Source: an uncultured Chloroflexia bacterium
GTDB lineage: Bacteria; Chloroflexota; Anaerolineae; CG2-30-64-16
NCBI GenBank assembly: GCA_963774265.1
Contig: CAVZDU010000001.1
Coordinates: 1,408,001 to 1,472,000 of the forward strand
Direction: 5' to 3'
Length of the DNA: 64,000 nucleotides
Positions within the stretch are counted from its first letter, which is position 1; every line of letters starts with the position of its first letter. The notes beneath the pieces were generated by a model. That model made no database searches. It was not told where the DNA came from and saw only the letters and a program-made list of their open reading frames with translations. Shown here in pieces: positions 51,096 through 59,495 of this stretch. A program made the translations under genes and the position numbers.

Positions 51096-51883
51096 GACCG
51101 CCGGTCCACAGGACTGCTCCGCTAGTCATCGGCATCACAGGGGGCATCGGCTGTGGCAAGAGCCACGTGCGCGAGACATTGGTCGAGTTGGGTGCGGACG
51201 GAATCGACGCAGACACGGTTGCGCACGAGGTCATGGCCCCAGGCGGCCCGGCCTACGAACCACTGATCGCTGCCTTCGGACGGGAAGTGCTGCTGCCCGA
51301 TGGGGTCGTAGATCGTGCTAAGCTCGGCGCGCTGGTCTTTACAGACCCTGACGCGCTCGCACGGCTGGAGGCGATCGTCCATCCGGCGGTGTACCAGGTG
51401 TCAAAAGCGCGTGTCGCAGGCAGCACGGCTCCTGCCGTCGCCGTCGAGGCCATCAAGCTGCTCAAAGCCGGGTTGGGCGTCAGCCTGTGCGACCAGGTGT
51501 GGGTGGTGACCTGTAGCGAGGAAGATCAACTGGAGCGCCTTGCTCGCACGCGGGGCATGTCTGCTGCTGAGATGCGTCGTCGCCGGGCCAATCAGATGCC
51601 GCACGAGCAGATGGCCAAGGCGGCCGATCGGGTCATTCACACGGATGGTGCTCTGGTCGAGACCGAGCGTCGTGTGTTGCGTGCCTGGCTGGAGCTTGGC
51701 CTGCCGTTGCCGGGTGCGCGGGTTGCCGGCAGCCGGCGAGACTACCTCCTGATCGCGGTTCGTATGGATGCGCCCGAGTCACGTGCTTTTTATGAGCGAC
51801 TTGGCTTCACCGAATGTGGGCGCCTGACGGAGGAGATCGCCGGTCGCTACGTCGACCAGATCATGGTCGAGTTCCCGCTTTAA
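51092..51883 (+). CDS. coaE: Dephospho-CoA kinase with a C-terminal extension
   Basis: GITGGIGCGKS, IDADTVAH, LEAIVHP; extra ~55 aa resembling a GNAT C-terminus. Confidence 0.88.
   Translation: MRPPVHRTAPLVIGITGGIGCGKSHVRETLVELGADGIDADTVAHEVMAPGGPAYEPLIAAFGREVLLPDGVVDRAKLGALVFTDPDALARLEAIVHPAVYQVSKARVAGSTAPAVAVEAIKLLKAGLGVSLCDQVWVVTCSEEDQLERLARTRGMSAAEMRRRRANQMPHEQMAKAADRVIHTDGALVETERRVLRAWLELGLPLPGARVAGSRRDYLLIAVRMDAPESRAFYERLGFTECGRLTEEIAGRYVDQIMVEFPL
51100..51127 (+). repeat. Family-B unit in the coaE N-terminus (PPVHRTAPLV)
   Basis: GCCGGTCCACAGGACTGCTCC followed by partial GCTAGTC. Confidence 0.7.
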
Positions 51884-51925
51884 TGCCGCCCGGCTTACCG
51901 CACGGTGCGGGGATGGGGTGTACAA

Positions 51926-52162
51926 ATGCGTAAATTGTGGAACGAACATCCGAACCTGGTTTCGTGGATTGCGCTGGCCATCGGCATGGTGGTCATCGTT
52001 ATCTTTGCGGCTCGCAACGTCGGTTTTCAACCTGGACAGTGGGCGGCCGTGATCGCCGCGACGATCGCTTTGGCAGGGTTGTGTGTTTGGATCATCAGTT
52101 GGGAGGATTCGCCCAACGAGGACTCATTGTCGGGTAAGGAGCAGGACGCTGCATCGAAATAA
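51926..52162 (+). CDS. Small two-TM hypothetical protein
   Basis: Two hydrophobic helices; lies in operon order before dnaJ. Confidence 0.65.
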   Translation: MRKLWNEHPNLVSWIALAIGMVVIVIFAARNVGFQPGQWAAVIAATIALAGLCVWIISWEDSPNEDSLSGKEQDAASK

Positions 52163-52178
52163 GGCGCAGCGATAACTT

Positions 52179-53321
52179 ATGAGCAAGCGCGATTATTACG
52201 AAGTATTGGGCGTGCCGCGCGATGCGGACGATAACGCCATCAAGGGCGCCTACCGGCGTCTGGCGCGCCAGTATCACCCGGACGTAAACAAAGCCTCCGA
52301 TGCCGAGGAACGCTTCAAGGAAATCAACGAGGCGTACGAAATCCTCAGCGATGCCGACCGTCGCGCCGCGTATGACCGCTACGGCCACGCGGGGACCCAG
52401 GGCTTTCCCGGAGGCGCCGGCGGATACGGCGGGGCCGGCTTCCCGGGTTTCAACGACATCTTCGAGGAGTTCTTTGGCGGCTTCACCGGTATGCGAGGCG
52501 GCGCCGCACAGCGGGGTCCGGCCCGGGGCGCAGATTTGCGCTACGACCTGGAAATCACTTTTCAAGAGGCCGTTTTCGGCACGGAGAAGGAGATCGAGGT
52601 CACGCGGCAGGAACTCTGTCCGACCTGCAATGGTTCAGGTGCGGAGCCGGGCACCAAGCCCATCAGGTGTCCGCAGTGTAATGGCTCCGGCGAGGTCCGG
52701 CGCGCACAGCAGACTATCCTGGGCCAGTTCGTCAGCGTGACTACGTGCCCGCGCTGCAACGGCGAGCGCGAGATCGCCACAACGCCATGCGCCGAGTGCC
52801 GCGGGCAAAAGCGCGTGCGCGTCACCCGCAAGTTGATGGTCAGCATCCCAGCGGGCGTCGATGACGGCATGCGCATCCGGCTCGCGAACGAAGGCGAGCC
52901 GGGCGAGCGCGGTGGCCCGACCGGGAGCCTGTTTGTCGTCCTGGCCGTCAAGCCGCACCCAATGTTCCAGCGCCAAGAGAACGATATCATTTTGGAGCTG
53001 CCCGTCAATATCGTGCAGGCAGCCCTGGGCGCGGAAATCGAAGTGCCGACCGTAGACGGTACCGAACGGATCAATGTCAAGTCGGGCACTCAGCACGGGG
53101 AGGTGCTCCGTCTCAAGGGCAAGGGTGTGCCGATCCTGCGCACCAGCCGCAGGGGCGACCAACTCATTGTCGTCAAGGTTGTTGTGCCCGAGAAGCTCAA
53201 CGACAAGCAGCGGAAGCTTCTGCACGAGTTGGGCGATTCGCTGGGGCTGGAGTCGTTAGGCAAGGACAACCGGAGCCTGTTTGAGAAGCTCATCGACTCG
53301 GTTGGCAACGCGTTGGGGTAA
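52179..53321 (+). CDS. dnaJ: Molecular chaperone DnaJ
   Basis: J-domain HPD, G/F region, four CxxCxG repeats. Confidence 0.97.
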   Translation: MSKRDYYEVLGVPRDADDNAIKGAYRRLARQYHPDVNKASDAEERFKEINEAYEILSDADRRAAYDRYGHAGTQGFPGGAGGYGGAGFPGFNDIFEEFFGGFTGMRGGAAQRGPARGADLRYDLEITFQEAVFGTEKEIEVTRQELCPTCNGSGAEPGTKPIRCPQCNGSGEVRRAQQTILGQFVSVTTCPRCNGEREIATTPCAECRGQKRVRVTRKLMVSIPAGVDDGMRIRLANEGEPGERGGPTGSLFVVLAVKPHPMFQRQENDIILELPVNIVQAALGAEIEVPTVDGTERINVKSGTQHGEVLRLKGKGVPILRTSRRGDQLIVVKVVVPEKLNDKQRKLLHELGDSLGLESLGKDNRSLFEKLIDSVGNALG

Positions 53322-53323
53322 GC

Positions 53324-54253
53324 ATGGACTGGATTGAGATCAGCGTGACGGCTGACGGCGAGGCGGCTGAGGCGGTCAGCGAGTTATTCAACCGATTGAA
53401 CGCCCGGCCTGACGGTCAGGGCGGCGCGGTGACGGAAGTGGGCGGTTTTGACCCGGTGGGAGAGGATCATCACCCAACGGTCGTCGTCAAAACCTACTTG
53501 CCCTCAGATGATCCGGCAGCCGGCGAGACGCAGCGCCAGATCGAGGAAGGGCTCTGGTTCTTGGGCCGCCTGTATCCGTTGGGCGAACCCCACGTTCGCC
53601 CGCTGAAGGACGAGGATTGGGCCAACGCGTGGAAGGCAAGCTACAAGCCACTACGCGTGGGCCGGTTCCTTATCATCCCCTCCTGGGAACGCGACGAAGT
53701 GACCCCGTCCGACGATGATCTGCCCATTATCCTGGACCCCGGTATGGCCTTCGGCACCGGCCTGCACCCGAGCACGCAGCTCTGTCTCTTGGGTATGGAC
53801 GGCGTTATCGGGCCGGGGCAACGCGTGCTCGACGCCGGGTGCGGTTCGGGCATCCTGAGCATTGCGGCTGCGCGCCTTGGCGCCACTCAGATTGACGGCT
53901 TTGACATAGATCCCATCGCCATGCGCGCGACGGACGAAAACACCGCCCTTAACGACCTTCCCACAACCATTAACGTCGTGACGAGCGCTGGGCCGGATGA
54001 GAACTCCCCCTTCTGGACGCCAGGCGGCGCGCGCCGTATGTGGGATGTCATCCTGGTCAACATCCTTCCGCACATCATCACGGCCCTGCTCGACCAGGGC
54101 CTGGCGAATCATCTGGCCCCTGGCGGCCGGTTGATCCTGGCCGGCATTATTGAAGCGCGCGAGGCCGATCTGCGCAGCTATTTGTCCGGTCGCGGGCTGT
54201 CTGTGACGCGCCGCCTGGCCCAGGGTGATTGGGTGTCCTTGACGGTCCGGTAG
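53324..54253 (+). CDS. prmA: Ribosomal protein L11 methyltransferase
   Basis: EDWANAWK, LDPGMAFGTGLHPST, DAGCGSGILS. Confidence 0.95.
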   Translation: MDWIEISVTADGEAAEAVSELFNRLNARPDGQGGAVTEVGGFDPVGEDHHPTVVVKTYLPSDDPAAGETQRQIEEGLWFLGRLYPLGEPHVRPLKDEDWANAWKASYKPLRVGRFLIIPSWERDEVTPSDDDLPIILDPGMAFGTGLHPSTQLCLLGMDGVIGPGQRVLDAGCGSGILSIAAARLGATQIDGFDIDPIAMRATDENTALNDLPTTINVVTSAGPDENSPFWTPGGARRMWDVILVNILPHIITALLDQGLANHLAPGGRLILAGIIEAREADLRSYLSGRGLSVTRRLAQGDWVSLTVR

Positions 54254-54261
54254 CGCGATCT

Positions 54262-55005
54262 ATGCACCGATTCTTCGTGTCACCCAACATCCTTGCCGTT
54301 TCACCGGTTACCCTGACCGGCGACCAGGCGCATCAAATCCGCCGCGTGCTGCGGCTGCAGCCCGGAGACCGGGTCATACTGCTGGACGGAGAGGGTTGGG
54401 CTTATGAGGCCCAGCTGATCGCGGTCTCCTCCAGGGACGTGCGACTCACAGTCGTAAGCCGCGCGAAGGCCTGCGGCGAGCCGCCAGTGCACATAACCCT
54501 GTACCAGGCAGTGTTGAAGGGCGAGCGCTTCTCCTGGGCGCTTCAGAAGGGAACTGAGGTCGGCGTCAGTGCGTTTGTGCCGCTGGTGTGTGAACGCAGC
54601 GTCATAGATGACTTGCAGGTTGTCGAGGGCAAGCGGGATCGTTGGCAGCGTATCATCCAGGAAGCCGCGGAACAGTGCGGACGGGGATACGTGCCGGACC
54701 TTCTACCGGCGCAGTTGCTGCGCCAGGCGGTGAAGGCGCCTGCGCAAGAGGGCGCCTTGCGTCTCATCCCCTGGGAGGGCGAGCGTGTCACGCCCCTGCG
54801 CGAGGCGTTGAGCGGGTGTAACCTTAACGATGGCTTGCACATCGAACTCTTTGTTGGCCCGGAAGGTGGCTTCACGGATGTCGAGGTCGATTGGGCGCGG
54901 CGCCACGGGGTGCAACCGGTGACGTTGGGCCCGCGGATCTTGAGGGCAGAGACGGCCGGCCTGGTTGCAACTGCAGCCATCCTTTATCAGGCAGGCGAAT
55001 TCTAG
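54262..55005 (+). CDS. rsmE: 16S rRNA m3U1498 methyltransferase
   Basis: HQIRRVLRL, QKGTEVGV, EAAEQC, VGPEGGF, LGPRILRAETA. Confidence 0.95.
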   Translation: MHRFFVSPNILAVSPVTLTGDQAHQIRRVLRLQPGDRVILLDGEGWAYEAQLIAVSSRDVRLTVVSRAKACGEPPVHITLYQAVLKGERFSWALQKGTEVGVSAFVPLVCERSVIDDLQVVEGKRDRWQRIIQEAAEQCGRGYVPDLLPAQLLRQAVKAPAQEGALRLIPWEGERVTPLREALSGCNLNDGLHIELFVGPEGGFTDVEVDWARRHGVQPVTLGPRILRAETAGLVATAAILYQAGEF

Positions 55006-55010
55006 GTTTT

Positions 55011-55030
55011 TGGGAGCGGCTTCAGCCGCC
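55011..55030 (+). repeat. REP-like palindrome
   Basis: TGGGA-GCGGCT-TC-AGCCGC, classic REP layout, intergenic. Confidence 0.5.
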
Positions 55031-55049
55031 GCGTGGAGGATAGGACGAG

Positions 55050-56111
55050 ATGTTGGACGGATTGAACTTCAACCTGAACATGGGTGGCGCAACGGAATCT
55101 CAGACGGAACCAGCGGAGCTTGAAAAGGCCCCGCGCCCCGAGATCGAAAACGTCATCATCATCGGTAGCGGCCCTGCGGGGTGGTCAGCGGCCATCTACA
55201 CCGCGCGCGCCGACCTGAGACCGCTGCTGATTACCGGGAATGAGCTGGGCGGCCAGATCGCGCTTACTACTGAGGTGGAGAACTTCCCAGGCTTCGACCA
55301 AATTCAGGGGCCCGAGTTGGTCGAGCGGATGCAGCGGCAGGCTGAACGTTTCGGGGCCGAGGTGCTCATCGACTATGTGACCGAGATCGACGTGAACGGA
55401 CCGCCGTTCACTGTGCGCACCGCCTCGGGCAAGGAATTCACAACCAAGGGAATCGTTGTCGCCACGGGCGCGTCGCCTCGTCGTCTGGGCGTACCCGGCG
55501 AAGATCGACTGATCGGCCGCGGTGTCAGCTTCTGCAGTACCTGCGATGGTTTCTTTTTCCGCAACAAGGATGTTGTGGTGGTCGGCGGCGGCGACAGTGC
55601 ACTGCAGGAGGCCTTGTTCCTCACGAAGTTCGCTGCCAGGGTGCGCGTCGTTCACCGCCGCGATCAGTTGCGCGCTAGCGCGGTGCTGCAGCGGCGGGCC
55701 AGGGAGAACCCGAAGATTGAGTTCGTGTGGAACAGCGTGGTGGAGAACGTCAACGGGCAAGACAAAGTGGAGACTCTGACGCTGCGCAACGTCCAGACGG
55801 GCGAAACCAGCGAGACGAAGACGGACGGCGTGTTTGTCTACGTCGGTCACCTGCCGAACAACGCGCTGTTTATCGATAAGGTGGCTGTGGACGGAGAGGG
55901 CTATCTGATTACTGACAAGCTAATGCGGACGAGCGTGCCGGGCATCTTCGCCGCGGGTGAGATCCAGGATCACCGCTTCAAGCAGGCGGCGACCTCCGCG
56001 GGCCAGGGTGTGGCCGCCGCGATGGAGATGGATAAATACCTCGCGGACCTTGAGGATCGGACGTATCCGGGACGCGAAGAGACCTATAAGGAAGTGGAAA
56101 TGGCGGCGTAG
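55050..56111 (+). CDS. trxB: Thioredoxin-disulfide reductase
   Basis: GSGPAG, GVSFCSTCDG, GGGDSA, HRRD. Confidence 0.95.
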   Translation: MLDGLNFNLNMGGATESQTEPAELEKAPRPEIENVIIIGSGPAGWSAAIYTARADLRPLLITGNELGGQIALTTEVENFPGFDQIQGPELVERMQRQAERFGAEVLIDYVTEIDVNGPPFTVRTASGKEFTTKGIVVATGASPRRLGVPGEDRLIGRGVSFCSTCDGFFFRNKDVVVVGGGDSALQEALFLTKFAARVRVVHRRDQLRASAVLQRRARENPKIEFVWNSVVENVNGQDKVETLTLRNVQTGETSETKTDGVFVYVGHLPNNALFIDKVAVDGEGYLITDKLMRTSVPGIFAAGEIQDHRFKQAATSAGQGVAAAMEMDKYLADLEDRTYPGREETYKEVEMAA

Positions 56112-56141
56112 ACGTCACTCACCTCCAGGCGAGAGCAACCC

Positions 56142-56180
56142 AAGCCAGGTTTCTAGCGGCAGGTTAGGAATCTGGCTTTT
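56142..56180 (+). terminator. Intrinsic terminator after trxB
   Basis: AAGCCAGGTTTCTAGC...GTTAGGAATCTGGCTT TT. Confidence 0.7.
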
Positions 56181-56186
56181 CTATTC

Positions 56187-57209
56187 CTACGGCGCGCGCC
56201 ATTCATGCGGAATGCCCTTCGCGTCCAGCGCTGCTTCGTACTCTTTTAGATTGGCTGCAGTCACCACGTCTACGCCGGTGTCAATCACGCCATTCACTGC
56301 ACTCATCTCCGACAGTGCAGCCGTCGCACCTTTCTCGGCCATCAGCTTGATAAGCTGGACTGATTTGTAGCCCATGTTGTATTCGCGCTGGGCAATCGTG
56401 GCCGCGATGATGCCCATCTGGACACCGTGGATGATATCTGTCGTGGCATCGAATGTAATCAGCTTGATCTCACCTGCTGCGTCTGCATCTTGGATCGCTG
56501 TGACCCATGCTGGTCCGGTAGCGGCGTAAACCGCAAAGGCGCCGGCGAGGTCCGGATTGGCGGAGATGGTGGAACTGGCCAACTCCAGAGCGGTCGAGGG
56601 GTCCTCGCGATCGTTATAGGCCGCCAAAGCGACGATGCCTGATCCCGCGATGGCCGACAGAAATCCCTCTGTTCGTTGTAGTGCGTTTCGGGCCGTGTCG
56701 GAGCCGCGGCCGATGCCCACCTTGCCACCCCGTGGCAGCAGATCGACCATCTTCTTTCCGGCGATCTTTCCGGCGTTGACATTGTCGGTGCCGATATAGG
56801 CGAGAGATGCGCTTCCGTCCACGGGGGGCGTGTCCAAGGTGATGACGAGGATGCCCACCTCACTTGCTTTTCGGATAAAGGGCTCCAGTGCCAGAGGATC
56901 CGACGGCGCAATTGCAATTCCGGTGACCCGTTGGGCAATATAGGTCTCTAGGGTCTGGATTTGAGCAGCCACGTCTTCTTTAGGCGGGACAAAGAAGGCT
57001 GTCTGGACGCCCAACTCCGTTCCGGCAGCTTTCACACCGGCCTCAACGTTTGACCAATACGGGTGCACGGATTTGCCGATTACCACAATCTTCAGCGCCT
57101 CGGTTTTTCTCGCTGGGGCACACGCAGCAACACAGCCACCGGCCAACAGCACGCACAGCATGAGTGTCATTAGTTTGGACAGGCGCTTCGGCATCGTCTT
57201 GTTCTCCAT
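56187..57209 (-). CDS. RbsB-type sugar-binding lipoprotein (divergent from the sensory operon)
   Basis: Signal/lipobox, [35 protein letters not shown]; TTGTAT-17-TATGAT promoter. Confidence 0.88.
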   Translation of the reverse strand: MENKTMPKRLSKLMTLMLCVLLAGGCVAACAPARKTEALKIVVIGKSVHPYWSNVEAGVKAAGTELGVQTAFFVPPKEDVAAQIQTLETYIAQRVTGIAIAPSDPLALEPFIRKASEVGILVITLDTPPVDGSASLAYIGTDNVNAGKIAGKKMVDLLPRGGKVGIGRGSDTARNALQRTEGFLSAIAGSGIVALAAYNDREDPSTALELASSTISANPDLAGAFAVYAATGPAWVTAIQDADAAGEIKLITFDATTDIIHGVQMGIIAATIAQREYNMGYKSVQLIKLMAEKGATAALSEMSAVNGVIDTGVDVVTAANLKEYEAALDAKGIPHEWRAP

Positions 57210-57261
57210 CGCGCGATCATACTACTGCCATTGCTTGCATACAAACCGGTGAATGCCCCTG

Positions 57262-57300
57262 AGGGGATTTCCCCTAACACAATATCGGGTTTTTGCCCCA
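57262..57300. promoter_or_regulatory. Two candidate response-regulator boxes (GGGG-N4-CCCC)
   Basis: AGGGGATTTCCCCT (57262-57275) and weaker CGGGTTTTTGCCCC (57286-57299) between divergent promoters. Confidence 0.55.
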
Positions 57301-57354
57301 AGCGCCGTCCACGTTGTCGTTTGCCTGGCGCGCCTGAGATGCTATAATCTGGCC

Positions 57355-58413
57355 ATGAATGGGACCACCATAGGCAATGTGCGTGTTGTGCTGGCGGATG
57401 ACCATGCTGTGGTACACGCGGGCATCGGAAACGCGCTGCGTGAACTCCAGAGTCTCGAGATCGTGGGCGAAGCGGATGATGGGCCCTCCCTCTTCGTCGC
57501 GTTGGATACGCTACGTCCCGATCTCCTACTCATTGACGTCACGATGCCCGACTTTGAGCCAGTATCCGCGATTCGCTCGATTCGCGGTCGTTATCCCCTT
57601 ATGAAGATCCTTGTCGTGAGTGCATATGACGATGATGCATACGTGCAGGGGTTGCTCGGTGCCGGAGTAAATGGATATCACTTGAAAGACCGTTCGCTGA
57701 ACGAGCTCAAGCTGGCAGTGCAGCGGGTCCTCGACGGCGATCGGTGGATTTCCAGCAATCTCATTGACAAGTTGCTCAGCTACAACGAGGTCTACCCCTC
57801 CGCCTCGATGCTCACGTCGCGCCAGCAGGAACTCCTGCGGTTGTTGTTGCAGGGCCTGGATAACCAGAACCTAGCGCGTGAGACTGGCTTGAGCGTGAAA
57901 ACTATCGAGAACCACCTCACCCGCATCTATCGACAACTCAACGTTCAGAGCCGGTTGGAAGCAGTCCACTATGTTAGGGAGCACCCGGAAGTGCTCGCTG
58001 CCTCGGTAACTCCTGCCGCAGCCACAGCCGAGTTGCTTCCCCAGAACCGGCTCACGGTAATGCTGGTAGATGACAACGCGCGATATCGCGGACAACTGCG
58101 GCGAGTGATCAGCCGGCTCTACCCGCATGCAATCATGTGCGAGGCGGGCGCCACCCAAGAGGCCTTGAAACTGGGTGAACAGATTCGCCCACAACTCGCG
58201 CTGGTGGATGTCATCCTCGGTGACGAGGATGGCATCCGTTGTGCGCGGCGGCTCAAAGGGCTGCTGCCTCAGCTGCGAGTGGTGCTGATTACTGCCTATC
58301 CGGACCGTGAGTTCCGGCGTTTGGGCATGGAGGCCGGCGCGGTTGCGTTGCTTGACAAGAAAGACCTGGACGTCTCCACAATGCGCCAGATGATTGATGA
58401 TGTACTCGCATAG
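57355..58413 (+). CDS. Response regulator REC-LuxR HTH-REC (probably leaderless)
   Basis: ADDH...LIDVTMP; LTSRQQE...SVKTIENHLTRIYRQL; second receiver VDDN...LVDVIL; TGcTATAAT ends 6 nt before ATG. Confidence 0.88.
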   Translation: MNGTTIGNVRVVLADDHAVVHAGIGNALRELQSLEIVGEADDGPSLFVALDTLRPDLLLIDVTMPDFEPVSAIRSIRGRYPLMKILVVSAYDDDAYVQGLLGAGVNGYHLKDRSLNELKLAVQRVLDGDRWISSNLIDKLLSYNEVYPSASMLTSRQQELLRLLLQGLDNQNLARETGLSVKTIENHLTRIYRQLNVQSRLEAVHYVREHPEVLAASVTPAAATAELLPQNRLTVMLVDDNARYRGQLRRVISRLYPHAIMCEAGATQEALKLGEQIRPQLALVDVILGDEDGIRCARRLKGLLPQLRVVLITAYPDREFRRLGMEAGAVALLDKKDLDVSTMRQMIDDVLA

Positions 58414-58415
58414 CT

Positions 58416-59495
58416 GTGCACGACTTCGAGACCCCGTGCGGAGGGATGCCGGTGACTGACGCCCCAACGGCTGCGCCCCCCGAATCGTTCTCAACGCCTG
58501 CGCGCCGCTTCTTACTCGATCGCTTTTGGCAGGGCAATGCTGGCCGCCAGATTTTCGTCGCAGCATTTCTGTTTCTCCTTATTGTGACCTTATTCAGCCT
58601 CAGTTCGGATGCTTTCCTGCGCTCAAAGAATCTGGCGAATCTTTCTCGAAGTTTCTCGTGGCTGGCCATTGTCGCGATCGGCCAGAGCATGGTTATCATC
58701 ATGGGCGGGATAGACCTGTCCGTCGGTGCGACGATGGCCCTGGCAGGACTGGTGGCTGGTCGTTGCATGCAACTTGGTTTTCCGATAACCCTGGCCATCC
58801 TGCTGGGGCTACTGGTCGGCGTCGTTATTGGCTGGTTCAATGGTGTCCTGGTCGCCCGTTTTCACCTGCCTGCATTCGTAGTCACCCTGGGGACGATGGG
58901 TATTCAGCGCGGTTTTGCATTCGGCCTAACCGGCGGCTGGTCGGTCACCAACATGCCCGAAGCGTTCCTGCAGTTGGGTCAGTCGGATATTGTGCTTGGT
59001 CCGTGGATTGTGCCGGTTCCGCTGCTGATCACCCTGACGGTGGCCCTTTTGCTCAGCCTGTTCTTGCGGCGAACTGTCATGGGCGGCGACATCTATGCGA
59101 TGAGCAGCGGCGAGCGAGCGCTGCTTGTGTCCGGCGTTAACGTGATGCGCCTCAAGGTCTTCGTTTACACTTTGTGTGGCTTGCTGGCGGCTGCCGGCGG
59201 ATTGCTCCTGGCAGCACGCCTCGGCGTGGCGGCCCCTGCCGCTGCCGTTGGCACTGAGGTCGATGTGGTGGCGGCGGCCGTCATCGGCGGGGCCAGCCTG
59301 TTTGGGGGCGTCGGCAGCATCCTGGGGGTACTCCTTGGCGCGGCCATCACCCAGATGCTGAACAACGGCCTCATCCTGCTTGGTTACCCTTCCTACTGGC
59401 AGACAGCGGCGATCTGCGCGCTGATGCTGGTAACGGTCCTTCTCGATTACTGGCGGCGGCAACGCCAGGTGGCAGCGCACGGAACCTCTCCTTAA
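58416..59495 (+). CDS. RbsC-type sugar ABC permease
   Basis: GGIDLSVG, PAFVVTLGTM, AAAVIGGASLFGG. Confidence 0.9.
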   Translation: MHDFETPCGGMPVTDAPTAAPPESFSTPARRFLLDRFWQGNAGRQIFVAAFLFLLIVTLFSLSSDAFLRSKNLANLSRSFSWLAIVAIGQSMVIIMGGIDLSVGATMALAGLVAGRCMQLGFPITLAILLGLLVGVVIGWFNGVLVARFHLPAFVVTLGTMGIQRGFAFGLTGGWSVTNMPEAFLQLGQSDIVLGPWIVPVPLLITLTVALLLSLFLRRTVMGGDIYAMSSGERALLVSGVNVMRLKVFVYTLCGLLAAAGGLLLAARLGVAAPAAAVGTEVDVVAAAVIGGASLFGGVGSILGVLLGAAITQMLNNGLILLGYPSYWQTAAICALMLVTVLLDYWRRQRQVAAHGTSP

